DNA of 62,686 nucleotides, counting the filler. It is 7 parts of 7 records of this genome, joined end to end, with 100 filler letters (N's around TTAATTAATTAA, not from the genome) between each part and the next. Parts side by side here need not be neighbours in the genome. Positions count along the whole stretch, not along the records: positions 18,889 to 34,101 come from DRR723986_10116; positions 34,202 to 42,319 come from DRR723986_10159; positions 42,420 to 48,555 come from DRR723986_10161; 4 more parts are not named here. The stretch is one strand, 5' to 3'. Shown here one piece after another: positions 33,973-44,666 of the stretch (the stretch's first letter is position 1; the number at the start of each line of letters is the position of its first letter). Below the pieces are notes generated by a model. The model saw only the letters and a program-made list of their open reading frames with translations. It searched no databases and was not told the origin of the DNA. The translations under genes were made by a program, and so were the position numbers.

Positions 33973-34042
33973 TCACGGGTGCATCCGGTGCTGCGGGCCA
34001 TTGGGGTCCAAAGTTCCACCCGTGACGGCCAACCGGATGGAG
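33973..34042 (+). promoter_or_regulatory. Structured rpsB 5' leader (putative S2 autoregulatory element)
   Basis: TCACGGGTG/CACCCGTGA (9 bp) and CATCCGGT/ACCGGATG (8 bp) crossing pairings; the second abuts the GGAG Shine-Dalgarno. Confidence 0.55.
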
Positions 34043-34049
34043 ACAATCG

Positions 34050-34101
34050 ATGGCCCTACCTGACTTCACCATGCGTCAGCTGCTCGAAGCTGGCGTTCAC
34101 T
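34050..34101 (+). CDS. rpsB: 30S ribosomal protein S2, N-terminal fragment
   Basis: MALPDFTMRQLLEAGVH; cut by the contig end. Confidence 0.93.
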
Positions 34102-34201
34102 NNNNNNNNNNNNNNNNNNNNNNNNNNNNNNNNNNNNNNNNNNNNTTAATTAATTAANNNNNNNNNNNNNNNNNNNNNNNNNNNNNNNNNNNNNNNNNNN
34201 N
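34102..34201. other. Artificial contig linker
   Basis: N44-TTAATTAATTAA-N44. Confidence 0.99.
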
Positions 34202-34254
34202 CCGGCGGAGGTATTTTTGCCAAGATGAAAGCAGGGCGTTCCTGATCGGGCCGC

Positions 34255-34650
34255 TCAATCGCCGTTTGGTCGGGACAGGATGAATGTCGCCGCGCCGCCC
34301 ATGGCGATGAGCTGGATCAGGATAACCGTGCCACTGAAGCTGGACAGAATGCTGACCAGCAGGACCAGCGCCATCGCCGTGCAGGCCATTGCCTTATAGC
34401 GGGGGCGGATCGCACCTTTGTCTTCCCAATCGCGGATCGGGCCGCCGAAGATCTGGTGATCGACCAGCCACTGTCGCAGGCGGGGGGAGCTTTTCGAGAA
34501 GGCGAAGGCCGCGAGGATCAGGAACGGGGTGGTCGGCAGGATCGGCAGGACAACGCCCGCGAAGCCAAGCGCCACGCAGGTCCAGCCGAGTGCCAGCCAT
34601 GGCAGGTGGCGCAGGCGGGGGCGGTTGCTTGGGTCTTGCATCCGCGTCAT
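34255..34650 (-). CDS. YbaN/DUF454 family membrane protein
   Basis: [31 protein letters not shown] overlap with the upstream gene. Confidence 0.9.
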   Translation of the reverse strand: MTRMQDPSNRPRLRHLPWLALGWTCVALGFAGVVLPILPTTPFLILAAFAFSKSSPRLRQWLVDHQIFGGPIRDWEDKGAIRPRYKAMACTAMALVLLVSILSSFSGTVILIQLIAMGGAATFILSRPNGD

Positions 34651-35252
34651 CCCCGGTGAGGTTGGCGCGGATTGCGACGCGGGGAGGGGGCGGACAGCTC
34701 GTCTGAGGCATCGCGCCAATTGCCGGGGGACAGGCCGTCGAGGCTCCACTTGCCGACGCGGGCGCGGATCAGTCTGAGCGTCGGCAGACCCACGGCGGCT
34801 GTCATGCGACGGACCTGGCGGTTGCGGCCCTCGGTGATGGTCAATTCAAGCCAGGCGTCAGGAACGGAATTGCGGTAGCGCACCGGCGGCGTGCGGGGCC
34901 AGAGCGCTTCGGGTTCCTCCATCAGGCGCACCTTGGCAGGCCGCGTCTGGCCATCTTTCAGGGTGACGCCATTGCACAGCGCCTGAATCTGCGCCTCGCT
35001 CGGGCTGCCCTCGACCTGCGCCCAGTAGGTCTTGGGGGTTTGCGCGCGGGGGCTGGTGATGCGGGCCTGCAACCTGCCGTCATCGGTCAGCACCATCAGC
35101 CCCTCGCTGTCGCGGTCCAGACGCCCGGCGGCGTAAACCCCCGGCACGTCGATGAATTCCGACAGGGTGCGTCGCGCGCTGCCCTCGGTCCCCTTGTCGG
35201 TGAACTGGGACAGCACGTCATAGGGTTTGTTGAACAGGATCAGTTTTGTCAT
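34647..35252 (-). CDS. rluE: rRNA pseudouridine synthase (RluE-like)
   Basis: [34 protein letters not shown]. Confidence 0.88.
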   Translation of the reverse strand: MTKLILFNKPYDVLSQFTDKGTEGSARRTLSEFIDVPGVYAAGRLDRDSEGLMVLTDDGRLQARITSPRAQTPKTYWAQVEGSPSEAQIQALCNGVTLKDGQTRPAKVRLMEEPEALWPRTPPVRYRNSVPDAWLELTITEGRNRQVRRMTAAVGLPTLRLIRARVGKWSLDGLSPGNWRDASDELSAPSPRRNPRQPHRG

Positions 35253-35381
35253 CGGCTTGCCCTTGCTTGCCCCGGTCCTGACCGATCTTGGCGCGTTCGG
35301 CAAGTTCCGTGTCGGAAAAGCTCTTGCGGTGTTTAGCGTTTCGCCTAGCGTGATCGGGACAGCCAAATAGGGAGAGACGAC

Positions 35382-36566
35382 ATGCCAGCGGGATGCGCAC
35401 CGTTCAGCCAGGCCGAATATGACCGGCGGATCGCCAAGACACGGGCCGCGATGGCCGAGGCGGGACTGGACGCGGTTTTCGTGACCGACCCGTCGAACCA
35501 GGCCTGGCTGACGGGCTATGACGGCTGGTCGTTCTACGTGCATCAGGGCGTGATCCTGCGCATGGAGGGGGAGCCCGAATGGTGGGGCCGGTCCATGGAT
35601 GCGCTTGGCGGGCAGCGGACCTGCTGGATGGCGGCGGAAAACATCCACGGCTATTCCGATCATTACATCCAGTCGACCGTCTACCACCCGATGCAGGATC
35701 TGGCGGAGCATTTCACCCGGATGGGGCTGGCCTCGGCACGGATCGGGGTGGAGATGGAGAACTATTATTACTCCGCCAAGGCGCATGAGGTTCTAGGGGC
35801 GGAGCTGCCCAATGCGACCCTGGTCGATGCGACGGCTCTGGTGAACTGGCAGCGGCTGGTGAAATCGGGCGAGGAGATCGGATTTATCCGCAAGGCAGCC
35901 AAGATCTCCGAGAAGGTGGTTGGGGTCGCGCTGGAACGTGCCGCGCCGGGGGTGCGCAAGAATGATCTGGTGGCCGATATCATGCATGCCGGGATCACCG
36001 GCGTGGACGACATCTGGGGGGATTATCCCGCGATTGTGCCGCTGACGCCCTCTGGTCTTGATGCCACCGCGGCCCATCTTACGTGGAATGGCGACGAGAT
36101 GCGCGCGGGTGAAGCGACGTTCTTTGAGTTGTCGGGCTGCTATCGTCGCTATCACGCGCCGCTGTGCCGGACGATCTTCCTTGGCACCCCGTCCGATGAC
36201 ATGCGCCGGGCCGAGGCCGCGCAGATGGAGGGGATCGAGGCGGGGCTGAATGCCGCCCGCGCGGGGAACCAGACGCGCGACGTGTTCAACGCCTTCATGG
36301 AGGTTCTGGCCAGACACGGGTTGGAACGCAAGGGCCGCATGGGCTACCCGATCGGCCTGTCCTACCCGCCCGATTGGGGTGAACGCACCGCGTCGATCCG
36401 GGGCGAGGATGAAACCGTCCTGCAACCGGGAATGACTTTCCATTTCATGCCGGCGCTGTGGATGGACAGTTGGGGGCTGGAGACCACGGAAACCATCCTG
36501 ATCAAGGAAAGCGGCCCGGCGGAGACCCTGTGCAATGTCGAGCGCAAGCTCTTCGTCAAGCCATGA
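35382..36566 (+). CDS. doeA: Ectoine hydrolase-like M24 family protein (DoeA/EutD)
   Basis: [46 protein letters not shown]. Confidence 0.8.
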   Translation: MPAGCAPFSQAEYDRRIAKTRAAMAEAGLDAVFVTDPSNQAWLTGYDGWSFYVHQGVILRMEGEPEWWGRSMDALGGQRTCWMAAENIHGYSDHYIQSTVYHPMQDLAEHFTRMGLASARIGVEMENYYYSAKAHEVLGAELPNATLVDATALVNWQRLVKSGEEIGFIRKAAKISEKVVGVALERAAPGVRKNDLVADIMHAGITGVDDIWGDYPAIVPLTPSGLDATAAHLTWNGDEMRAGEATFFELSGCYRRYHAPLCRTIFLGTPSDDMRRAEAAQMEGIEAGLNAARAGNQTRDVFNAFMEVLARHGLERKGRMGYPIGLSYPPDWGERTASIRGEDETVLQPGMTFHFMPALWMDSWGLETTETILIKESGPAETLCNVERKLFVKP

Positions 36567-37720
36567 CCGGACTGCCCGAGACGACCCAGTTGCTGGCCGA
36601 ACTGGTGGGCTATCCCACCGTTTCGACCGACAGCAACCTCGACATGATCACCTTTCTGGGTGACCGGCTGGCACAGGCCGGTGCCGTGGTAGAGATTATG
36701 AGCGATGAGAGCGGCCGCAAGGCCAATCTCTGGGCGCGGATCGGGCCGGATGTGCCGGGGGGCATTCTGCTCTCGGGCCATTCCGACGTTGTGCCGGTGA
36801 CCGATCAGGCATGGTCCACGGATCCGTTCGACTTGCATGAGGAGGACGGCAAGCTTTTTGGGCGCGGCACCTGTGACATGAAGGGCTTTATCGCGGCGGC
36901 GGTTGCGATGGCCCCGCTATGGGCCGAGCGCGCCACGCGGCGACCTGTCTACTTCGCCTTCACCCATGACGAAGAAACCGGATGCCTAGGCGCGCAATCT
37001 CTGGTCAAGCTGCTGGAGGGGCGCGAGAACCTGCCGAGTGTCGCCATTGTTGGCGAACCCACCTCGATGCGGATCATCGAAGGGCACAAGGGCTGTTTCG
37101 AATACTCCACCCATTTCACCGGGCTGGAGGGGCACGGATCTGCCCCCGATCACGGCGTCAACGCGGTGGAATACGCGGTGCGCTATGTCTCTCGCCTGCT
37201 GGACCTGAAGGAACAGCTGAAGGCGCGCGTCCCTGAAGGCAGCCGGTTCGAGCCGCCATGGACCACGATCAACACCGGCGCTCTGGTTGGCGGCGTGGCG
37301 CATAACGTCATTCCGGGACGCGCGCGGGTCGATTGGGAAATGCGGCCCGTTCAGAAATCGGACGCGGATTTCGTGAAGGCGGACCTGCACGGGTTCTGCG
37401 AGGATATCCTGCTGCCCGCCATGCGCGCGGTTCACCCCGATGCCGGGATCATGACCGAGGTCATCGGCGAAGTGGACGGGCTGGAGCCTGCGACCGAAAA
37501 CGAGGCGCGCGATATCGTCATGGAGCTGACCGGGGCGAACGGTGCGGGGCTGGTGCCTTTCGGGACCGAGGCGGGGCTGTTTCAGGATCTGGGCATGTCG
37601 GTTGTGGTCTGCGGGCCGGGGTCTATCGAGCAGGCGCACAAGCCTGATGAGTTCATCGAAGTGGCGCAGATGCGGGAGTGCCTTGGCATGCTGGATCGGC
37701 TGAGCGCGCGGTTGTCCTGA
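36563..37720 (+). CDS. argE: Acetylornithine deacetylase-like M20 hydrolase
   Basis: LSGHSDVVP, GRGTCDMKGF, DEETGC, GEPT, FGTEAG, AHKPDE; ATGA overlap with doeA. Confidence 0.88.
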   Translation: MTGLPETTQLLAELVGYPTVSTDSNLDMITFLGDRLAQAGAVVEIMSDESGRKANLWARIGPDVPGGILLSGHSDVVPVTDQAWSTDPFDLHEEDGKLFGRGTCDMKGFIAAAVAMAPLWAERATRRPVYFAFTHDEETGCLGAQSLVKLLEGRENLPSVAIVGEPTSMRIIEGHKGCFEYSTHFTGLEGHGSAPDHGVNAVEYAVRYVSRLLDLKEQLKARVPEGSRFEPPWTTINTGALVGGVAHNVIPGRARVDWEMRPVQKSDADFVKADLHGFCEDILLPAMRAVHPDAGIMTEVIGEVDGLEPATENEARDIVMELTGANGAGLVPFGTEAGLFQDLGMSVVVCGPGSIEQAHKPDEFIEVAQMRECLGMLDRLSARLS

Positions 37721-37755
37721 GCTTTCTACAAGGCCGCAAGATGACGTGTAGCGGG

Positions 37756-38553
37756 CTAAAAGGGATCGGGAAAGCAATCCATCAAGTCGCACAGCTCCCT
37801 GTTTCCCAGTTCGGTGAAATTTCGGCCTGCATTCGGGTAGGGTGTAAACTCACCGAACAGGACGCCGCGATCCGAAATGTAGAAATCGAGGCGCATGAAA
37901 CACCCTATATCCTGGGCGATCCGGTCCGAGAGGCGCAACAGCTCGGGAAGGCAGGATGGCCTTGGCGTCAGATCGTCAAGGGCGTTCGAGGTTTGGAACT
38001 CGTCGAAGGGCGTCCAGTCCCGTGTGTAGAACCGGTGTCGCCTTTTCGATGCGGGGCCGTTGCGGTCGACGACTTGAATGATCCATGACCAGCCACCCGC
38101 CACGAACACCTTGAAATCAAGCGGGATCGCGTGGCGGGGATCAGCATCGCGGATGAATTCTTCTGCAATCAGCATCGTGTCTGGCGTTGCGTTGCTGCTC
38201 TGCGCGAGTGTGCGGCGGACAAATGCATTCCGATTCCGGATCGGAACCGATTTGCCAGAGATGACCTCTCGGTCCTCATCGAACAGCATCACGCAATCGC
38301 CGTTTGCAAGATTGTCGGGCTTGATCACCACGCGGCTTGGCAATGCCGCGACGTCCAGCGCCCCGATGGACGAAGGACTTGCATATTGCCTTGGAAGCGG
38401 CAGGCCCTTTCGGTTTGCGTAATCCTGCATTCTGACCTTGTTCACAAGGCCCGCAACAGTGGTTAGGCGGGCCTGCAATTCCGGGTTCGTATGCGGGGAA
38501 GTTCCGCCATACCACCGCGCCAGTCGGTCATTCATGCGTTGTCTGAAATCCAC
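37756..38553 (-). CDS. TupA-like ATP-grasp fold amidoligase family protein
   Basis: VVIKP, IAEEFI, DFKVFV, IQVVDR, FMRLDFY, FGEFTPYP.AG. Confidence 0.75.
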   Translation of the reverse strand: MDFRQRMNDRLARWYGGTSPHTNPELQARLTTVAGLVNKVRMQDYANRKGLPLPRQYASPSSIGALDVAALPSRVVIKPDNLANGDCVMLFDEDREVISGKSVPIRNRNAFVRRTLAQSSNATPDTMLIAEEFIRDADPRHAIPLDFKVFVAGGWSWIIQVVDRNGPASKRRHRFYTRDWTPFDEFQTSNALDDLTPRPSCLPELLRLSDRIAQDIGCFMRLDFYISDRGVLFGEFTPYPNAGRNFTELGNRELCDLMDCFPDPF

Positions 38554-38665
38554 CTTGGCCGATCTTTCCCGATGTTGCGGTTGGTCGTGCCTGCCGAAAA
38601 AGCCGACGGCATGTCACGCGCGTTCGAGTATATTACAGATCGACGAGAAGGACAGGCAGAAGCGT

Positions 38666-38872
38666 CTACAGCAGATGCGCGCAGCGGGCCGTCGGTGTCG
38701 GCAGGCCAACCTGTTCCGGGTTGATGATCAGGTGCCATGTGGCGGGATAGCCCGGCGCCTGAGCGCGGGTATAGGAACAGCCGTCGGGCGTGGTGTAGGT
38801 CTGGGCCAGCGCAGCGCCGGATGTCAGGGCGGTTACGGTCAGGGCAACGGCAAGGGTGCGGGTGGAAGTCAT
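38666..38872 (-). CDS. Small secreted hypothetical protein (68 aa)
   Basis: Signal peptide ending ALA-Q, then YTTPDGCSYTRAQAPG..WHLIINP...C. Confidence 0.65.
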   Translation of the reverse strand: MTSTRTLAVALTVTALTSGAALAQTYTTPDGCSYTRAQAPGYPATWHLIINPEQVGLPTPTARCAHLL

Positions 38873-39005
38873 CTGTCGGGGTCTCCGGGGTTGGATCGGG
38901 ATGGGCGGCTTTCTGACCACATCATCCGCAATCACCCGTCAGCACCCGCGACCGGAATCGGGAAATTCCGGGGCGTGAACCGATGATTTTCTTCAAATCC
39001 GACGC

Positions 39006-40154
39006 TTAATCCCGGTCCAGATCCCGCGCGATCAGCTCCTTCATGATCTCATTCGTGCCGCCATAGATCTTCTGCACACGGGCATCGGCGTAGAGCTCGG
39101 CAATCAGGTATTCGTTCATGTAGCCATAGCCGCCATGCAGTTGCAGGCATTCATCGACGATCTCGCATTGGGTCTGGCTGCCCCACCACTTGGCCATGGC
39201 GGCCTTTTCGGCGGTCAGCGTGCCCTGTTCCAGTTCTGCCAGGCACTGGTCGAGGAAGGCCGCGAGAATCTCTACCTTGGTGGCGCATTCTGCCAGTTTG
39301 AACCGGGTGTTCTGGAAGTCCATCACCCGCTGCCCAAAGGCCTTGCGGTCTTTCACGTAGGCCAGCGTCACGTCCAGCGCACATTGAGACGAGCCAAGCG
39401 CTCCATACCCCAGGATCAACCGTTCCCACGGCAATTGCCGCATCAGCTGATAAAACCCCTGACCCTCCTCGGTGCCCAGAAGGTGATCGCGCGGGATGCG
39501 CACATCCTCGAAGAACAGCTCGGCGGTGTCGTTCCTTCGCATCCCCATCTTGTCGAGCTTGCGCCCCACGCGGAAGCCCTCCAGCCCTTCTGTCTCCACC
39601 ACCATCAACGACACGCCCTTAGCCCGTGATTTGGGGTCGGTCTTGGCCACGAGGATCAGCAGGTCGGCGCTACCGCCATTGGTGATGAAGGTCTTGGACC
39701 CGTTGATCAGGTATTCGTTTCCATCCGGCACCGCCGTTGTACGCACGGCCTGCAAATCGCTGCCCGTCCCCGGTTCGGTCATGGCGATGGCCCCGACCAT
39801 TTCACCGGTGGCGAGCTTGGGCAACCACCGCGCCTTTTGGTCCTCGGTGCCGTAGGCAATGATGTAATGCGCGGCGATATTGTGGACGGCAAAGCCCCAG
39901 CCACTGTCGCCGGCCTTCGCCTGTTCTATAAAGGTCACGGCGTCGAAATGACGGGACAGGCCCAAGCCGCCATGATCCTCGGGCGTGGTGGCCCCGAGAA
40001 TGCCCAGATCACCGGCTTTGCGCCAGAAATCCTTGGGGATCTTGCCCGCCTCTTTCCAGGCGTCCCGATGCGGTTGAAAATCCTCGTCCAGAAACCGGCG
40101 CACGGTATCGGCATAGGCATGATGGTCGTCCTGCATCCAAAGATGGTTGGGCAT
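39006..40154 (-). CDS. Acyl-CoA dehydrogenase (long-chain type)
   Basis: AMTEPGTGSD, GSKTFITNG, QLHGGYGY, IYGGTNEIMK. Confidence 0.95.
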   Translation of the reverse strand: MPNHLWMQDDHHAYADTVRRFLDEDFQPHRDAWKEAGKIPKDFWRKAGDLGILGATTPEDHGGLGLSRHFDAVTFIEQAKAGDSGWGFAVHNIAAHYIIAYGTEDQKARWLPKLATGEMVGAIAMTEPGTGSDLQAVRTTAVPDGNEYLINGSKTFITNGGSADLLILVAKTDPKSRAKGVSLMVVETEGLEGFRVGRKLDKMGMRRNDTAELFFEDVRIPRDHLLGTEEGQGFYQLMRQLPWERLILGYGALGSSQCALDVTLAYVKDRKAFGQRVMDFQNTRFKLAECATKVEILAAFLDQCLAELEQGTLTAEKAAMAKWWGSQTQCEIVDECLQLHGGYGYMNEYLIAELYADARVQKIYGGTNEIMKELIARDLDRD

Positions 40155-40309
40155 TGGCGGTCCTCCTTGCGCGGGATGGTGACGCGCAAGATAATGTGAG
40201 GCAAGCCTGCCGTTGCGGCGGATTGACTGAGAATTGTAATTGCCGTTGACAACTAAATGCGCTGTCTCTAGCGCGGATGCAAAGTGCCAGTGCTTCGAAA
40301 GGATTCGCC

Positions 40310-40837
40310 ATGTCCGCCGTCTATCGTTACCACCCCGTCACCGTCGCCCTTCACTGGATTGTCGCGGTGTTGGTGCTGCTGATGCTTGGGGTGGGCACTT
40401 TCGTTCTGGAACCGATGGACAATGCGGATCCCGACAAGCTGTCCATGCTGGCCACGCATCGCCTGATTGGTCTGGTGATCCTTGGCTTGACGGTTCTGCG
40501 GATCGTTCTTCGCCGCTTCCTGCCCGCGCCGGAACACGCCAAAACCGGCAGTGGCTTTCTGGACAAGCTGGGGCAGGCGATGCCGAAGCTGTTGAATATC
40601 TTCGTGATCCTGATGGCTGTATCGGGGATGGTTCTGGGCCGCATGTCTGGGCTGTCCGATGCCATTGCCGGAACGACGCCGCTGCCTGACAGTTTCTTCG
40701 AATTCAGCCCGCGCGTGATTCACGGCATCCTTGCCAAGCTGATCATGGCGATGATCTCTCTGCACATTCTGGGCGCGCTCTACCACCAGATCATGCTGCG
40801 CGACGGGCTGTTTCAGCGGATGTGGTTCGGGCGGTAG
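40310..40837 (+). CDS. Cytochrome b561 family protein
   Basis: RY...VALHW, H..IG, IH, LHILGALYH heme-ligand pattern. Confidence 0.88.
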   Translation: MSAVYRYHPVTVALHWIVAVLVLLMLGVGTFVLEPMDNADPDKLSMLATHRLIGLVILGLTVLRIVLRRFLPAPEHAKTGSGFLDKLGQAMPKLLNIFVILMAVSGMVLGRMSGLSDAIAGTTPLPDSFFEFSPRVIHGILAKLIMAMISLHILGALYHQIMLRDGLFQRMWFGR

Positions 40838-40843
40838 GGGGTC

Positions 40844-41803
40844 TCAGGCGGCCAGCCCTTTTGATCCCATATCAAGGAACTTCTTGCGGCGACCCGCGAT
40901 CAGCTCTTCGCGGGATTTGCCGTCCATGGAGGTCAGCAGAGCCTCGATTCCTTCGCCGACACGCTTGATCGTCGCCGCCCGGTCGCGTTGCGCACCACCA
41001 AGCGGTTCCTTGATGATCCGGTCGCAAACACTGAGCTTTTCCAGATCTTGCGCGGTCAGGCGCAGGGCCTCTGCGGCTTCCCGCATTTTGCCACCGTCTT
41101 TCCAGAGGATGGACGCGCATCCTTCGGGCGAGATCACCGAATAGATCGAATGTTCCAACATCGCCAGCTTGTCAGCCGTTGCAAAGGCAACCGCCCCGCC
41201 AGAGCCGCCTTCGCCGATCACGACAGAGATCAGCGGGACGCCGATTTGCAGGCATTTTTCCGTGGATCGGGCAATCGCCTCGGACTGGCCACGTTCTTCG
41301 GCACCCTTGCCGGGATAGGCGCCGGGGGTGTCCACCAACGTCACGACGGGCAAGTTGAAGCGGTCGGCCAAATCCATCAGGCGCACGGCCTTGCGGTAGC
41401 CTTCGGGCCGGGCCATGCCAAAATTGCGTTCGATCCGGGTTTTGGTGTCATGGCCCTTTTCATGGCCGATCACCATGACGGGGCGGTCATTGAAACGCGC
41501 CAGACCGCCCATGACGGCGTGGTCGTCGGCAAAGTTTCGGTCGCCCGCCAGCGGCGTGTATTCGGTAAACAGCGCCTGAATATAGTCGCGGCAATGGGGC
41601 CGGTCGGGATGGCGCGCCACCTGGCATTTGCGCCATGGCGTCAGCGACTTGTAGAGATCGGCCAGCATGTCGGCGGCCTTCTTGTCGAGCGCCTTCGCTT
41701 CCGCCTCGATATCCATTTCCTTGTTGCCGCGCGCCATGGCCCGCAGTTCCTCGGCCTTGCCTTCGATCTCGGCAAGGGGTTTTTCGAAGTCGAGATAGTT
41801 CAT
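40844..41803 (-). CDS. accA: Acetyl-CoA carboxylase carboxyltransferase alpha subunit
   Basis: [40 protein letters not shown]. Confidence 0.97.
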   Translation of the reverse strand: MNYLDFEKPLAEIEGKAEELRAMARGNKEMDIEAEAKALDKKAADMLADLYKSLTPWRKCQVARHPDRPHCRDYIQALFTEYTPLAGDRNFADDHAVMGGLARFNDRPVMVIGHEKGHDTKTRIERNFGMARPEGYRKAVRLMDLADRFNLPVVTLVDTPGAYPGKGAEERGQSEAIARSTEKCLQIGVPLISVVIGEGGSGGAVAFATADKLAMLEHSIYSVISPEGCASILWKDGGKMREAAEALRLTAQDLEKLSVCDRIIKEPLGGAQRDRAATIKRVGEGIEALLTSMDGKSREELIAGRRKKFLDMGSKGLAA

Positions 41804-41912
41804 GCAAAGCCTCCGTCTGACCCTAGGCTATATGCAGGCCGCGAGGGGGATTTGCAACGTTTCGCGTTGCGCGAAAAGGCCCCGGCCATGCGGCACGGGG
41901 CCAATTGACGGC

Positions 41913-42319
41913 TTAGCCAGCTGCGATCAGCTCTGACTGGGCCACGATCACCTCGGCCTGCTTGATCGACGCGATGTCCACGAGACGGCCTTTGTAGACC
42001 GTTGCACCCGCGCCAGAGGCCTTGGCCTGTTCCATCGCGGCAAGGATTTCGCGGGCTTCTGCCACGGCTTCTTCGGACGGGGTAAAAACCTGATTTGCAA
42101 GGGCGATCTGTTTGGGATGGATGGCCCATTTCCCGACCATGCCAAGGGTCGCAGAGCGGCGCGCCTGCGCGATATAGCCCTCGTCATCCGAGAAGTCACC
42201 GAAGGGGCCGTCGACGGGCAGGATGCCGTGGGTGCGGCAGGCGGCGACGATGGCGGTTTGGGCCCAGTGCCAGGGGTCGGAATAATGGCGGCTGCCCGCG
42301 TGCAGCATGTAGTAGTTTT
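41913..42319 (-). CDS. mcl: L-malyl-CoA/beta-methylmalyl-CoA lyase, 5'-truncated
   Basis: DPWHWAQTAIVAACRTHGILPVDGPFGDFSD and GKWAIHPKQI. Confidence 0.85.
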
Positions 42320-42419
42320 NNNNNNNNNNNNNNNNNNNNNNNNNNNNNNNNNNNNNNNNNNNNTTAATTAATTAANNNNNNNNNNNNNNNNNNNNNNNNN
42401 NNNNNNNNNNNNNNNNNNN
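42320..42419. other. Artificial contig linker
   Basis: N44-TTAATTAATTAA-N44. Confidence 0.99.
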
Positions 42420-42555
42420 AGGGGGAGCTTTTTCGTTGTGTCCATGGACCTTCCTGATTTGTCGTTATAGTTTCGGATTCGCTTTGTCGCGTTCTCGTAT
42501 TATTAGACTTTAGTAGCCTATTTCAACACACCAGAGCCCGTCAAAACGTGATCCG

Positions 42556-42571
42556 TGCAAAATAATTTGCA
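42556..42571. promoter_or_regulatory. Palindromic putative operator upstream of the ABC operon
   Basis: TGCAAA-ATAA-TTTGCA. Confidence 0.3.
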
Positions 42572-42713
42572 TCTGCAACCACTCAAACGCTCGTCGCAAC
42601 AAACTGCGCCTTCCCCTACACCGATTGTCGCATGGCTGTGTTAAACTTGCGCACCTTGAATTTTTGCCCCCGGTTTCACGGGAAAAAACAGTAACTGACT
42701 CGGAGATGGGCAT

Positions 42714-43688
42714 ATGGCCAAGAAATCCCTGCGCACGCTGATCGGCGCCTCGCTGCTTGCCGCAGCAAGCCTGGTTCAAGCGGACGACCCCCGTGTTGTT
42801 GCCATCACACAGATTGTTGAACACCCGGCACTGGATGCCGTACATGAGGGCGTTAAGGACGAACTGGCCGAGCGCGGCTATCGCGAAGGCGAAAACCTGC
42901 GCCTGATGCACGAAAGTGCCCAGGGCAACTCAGCCATTGCCTCTCAGATTGCCCGCAAGTTTGTGGGTGAAAACCCAGATGTAATCGTGGCCATTGCCAC
43001 ACCGTCCGCACAAACCGTTGCCGCTGCAGCCCGTAACGTGCCCGTGGTCTTCTCTGCCGTGACCGATCCGGTTGCCGCCAAACTGGTACAAAGCTGGGAA
43101 GCCCCTGGTGCCAACATCACCGGGGTAAGCGATATGCTGCCCATCGAGAAGCACCTGGACATGCTGCAGCGTGCAATGCCCGACGCCAAGCGCATCGGCA
43201 CCGTTTACAACCCTGGCGAAGCCAACGCCGCCGCGCTGATTGAACTGCTGGAAGAACGCCTGCAGGCCCGCGGTCTGGAGCTGGTTAAAGGTGCGGCCAC
43301 CAAGACTTCTGAAGTGCTGGGCGCAGCCCGCTCACTGGTAGGCAAGGCCGACGCCATCTACCTGACCACCGATAACACCGTGATCAGTGCCGCCGAAGCG
43401 GTTATTTCCGTTGGCGAACGAGCCAAGATCCCGGTTTTTGCTGCCGACACCGCCACCGTTGAGCGTGGCGCGGTGGCCGCTTTGGGCTTCAATTATTACA
43501 ACCACGGCCGCCAGACCGGCGCCATGGTCGCACGCGTACTGGAAGGTGCCGGCACAGCCGACATGCCGGTTGAAACCATGGAAGAACTGGATCTGTATGT
43601 GAACCCCGAGGCCGCCGGGCGCATGGGCGTCACTCTGCCCGAAGACCTCATTCAGGAAGCCGTCAAAGTCGTCAAAAACGACAAGTAA
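42714..43688 (+). CDS. ABC transporter substrate-binding protein (Trp/Tyr-binding-like family)
   Basis: Signal peptide; IVEHPALD, IATPSAQ, AVTDP, TGVSD, YNPGEAN, TDNTV. Confidence 0.9.
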   Translation: MAKKSLRTLIGASLLAAASLVQADDPRVVAITQIVEHPALDAVHEGVKDELAERGYREGENLRLMHESAQGNSAIASQIARKFVGENPDVIVAIATPSAQTVAAAARNVPVVFSAVTDPVAAKLVQSWEAPGANITGVSDMLPIEKHLDMLQRAMPDAKRIGTVYNPGEANAAALIELLEERLQARGLELVKGAATKTSEVLGAARSLVGKADAIYLTTDNTVISAAEAVISVGERAKIPVFAADTATVERGAVAALGFNYYNHGRQTGAMVARVLEGAGTADMPVETMEELDLYVNPEAAGRMGVTLPEDLIQEAVKVVKNDK

Positions 43689-43700
43689 CGCCTGACCAAC

Positions 43701-43736
43701 ACGGGCGGACCCCAAAAGGGCCCGCCCGTTTTCTTT
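43701..43736 (+). terminator. Intercistronic hairpin or partial terminator after the binding-protein gene
   Basis: ACGGGCGG..CCC-AAAA-GGG..CCGCCCGT followed by TTTCTTT. Confidence 0.6.
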
Positions 43737-43754
43737 CACGGTGAAAAACTACCC

Positions 43755-44657
43755 ATGCTCAGTGAAATCGCATTCTACGGTGCTCTCGAAACCGGCCTGA
43801 TCTACGGCCTGGTTGCCTTTGGTATCTATCTCTCTTTCCGTGTTCTCGACTTCCCCGACCTGACGGTGGATGGCAGCTTCCCCCTGGGCGCCGCCGTCGC
43901 CGCCATGTTGATTATTGAAGGCTGGAATCCCTGGCTGGCAACTGGCTGTGCGGTACTGGCCGGCATGGCCGCCGGTGCCGTAACCGCCATCCTGAATGTC
44001 AAACTCAACATTCTGAACCTGCTGGCCTCCATCCTTACCATGATTGCGCTCTACTCCGTGAACCTGCGCATCATGGGCCGGCCGAACGTGGCCTTGCTCA
44101 CAGAAGAAACCGTACTGACTCCCTGGTACGACCTGGGCCTGGCTTTCCATCAGGTCCCGGTGCTGCTGTTTACCCTGGTCGCCATTGTGTCCCTGATTCT
44201 GCTGTGGCGTTTCATGAAATCCGAGACCGGCCTGGCCATGCGTGCCACTGGCGCCAACGCCCGCATGGCTCGTGCCCAGGGCATTGCGACCGGTGGCATG
44301 ATCATTCTCGGGGTTGCTCTCTCCAACGGTCTGGTTGGCCTGGCCGGTGCCCTGTTTGCCCAGAGCCAAGGGGCAGCAGACGTCACCATGGGTGTAGGCG
44401 TAATCGTGATCGGCCTCGCCTCACTGATTGGCGGTGAAGCCGTTATCACCCCTTCCACCGTGGTACGCGCCCTGTTGGCGTGTGTGGTGGGCGCCATCAT
44501 CTACCGACTGGCCATTGCCTTTGCCCTGAATGCCGATGTCCTCGGCCTGCAGGCACAGGATCTGAATCTGATTACGGCGGTTCTGGTTACCTTGGCCATC
44601 GTACTGCCTGGCGTTCGCACCAAGATCGCCAGTCGTTTCACCAGCAAAAAGGCCTGA
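43755..44657 (+). CDS. ABC transporter permease
   Basis: FPDLTVDGSFPLG, GLAMRATGAN, IGLASLIGGE. Confidence 0.92.
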   Translation: MLSEIAFYGALETGLIYGLVAFGIYLSFRVLDFPDLTVDGSFPLGAAVAAMLIIEGWNPWLATGCAVLAGMAAGAVTAILNVKLNILNLLASILTMIALYSVNLRIMGRPNVALLTEETVLTPWYDLGLAFHQVPVLLFTLVAIVSLILLWRFMKSETGLAMRATGANARMARAQGIATGGMIILGVALSNGLVGLAGALFAQSQGAADVTMGVGVIVIGLASLIGGEAVITPSTVVRALLACVVGAIIYRLAIAFALNADVLGLQAQDLNLITAVLVTLAIVLPGVRTKIASRFTSKKA

Positions 44658-44666
44658 GGAGGCACT

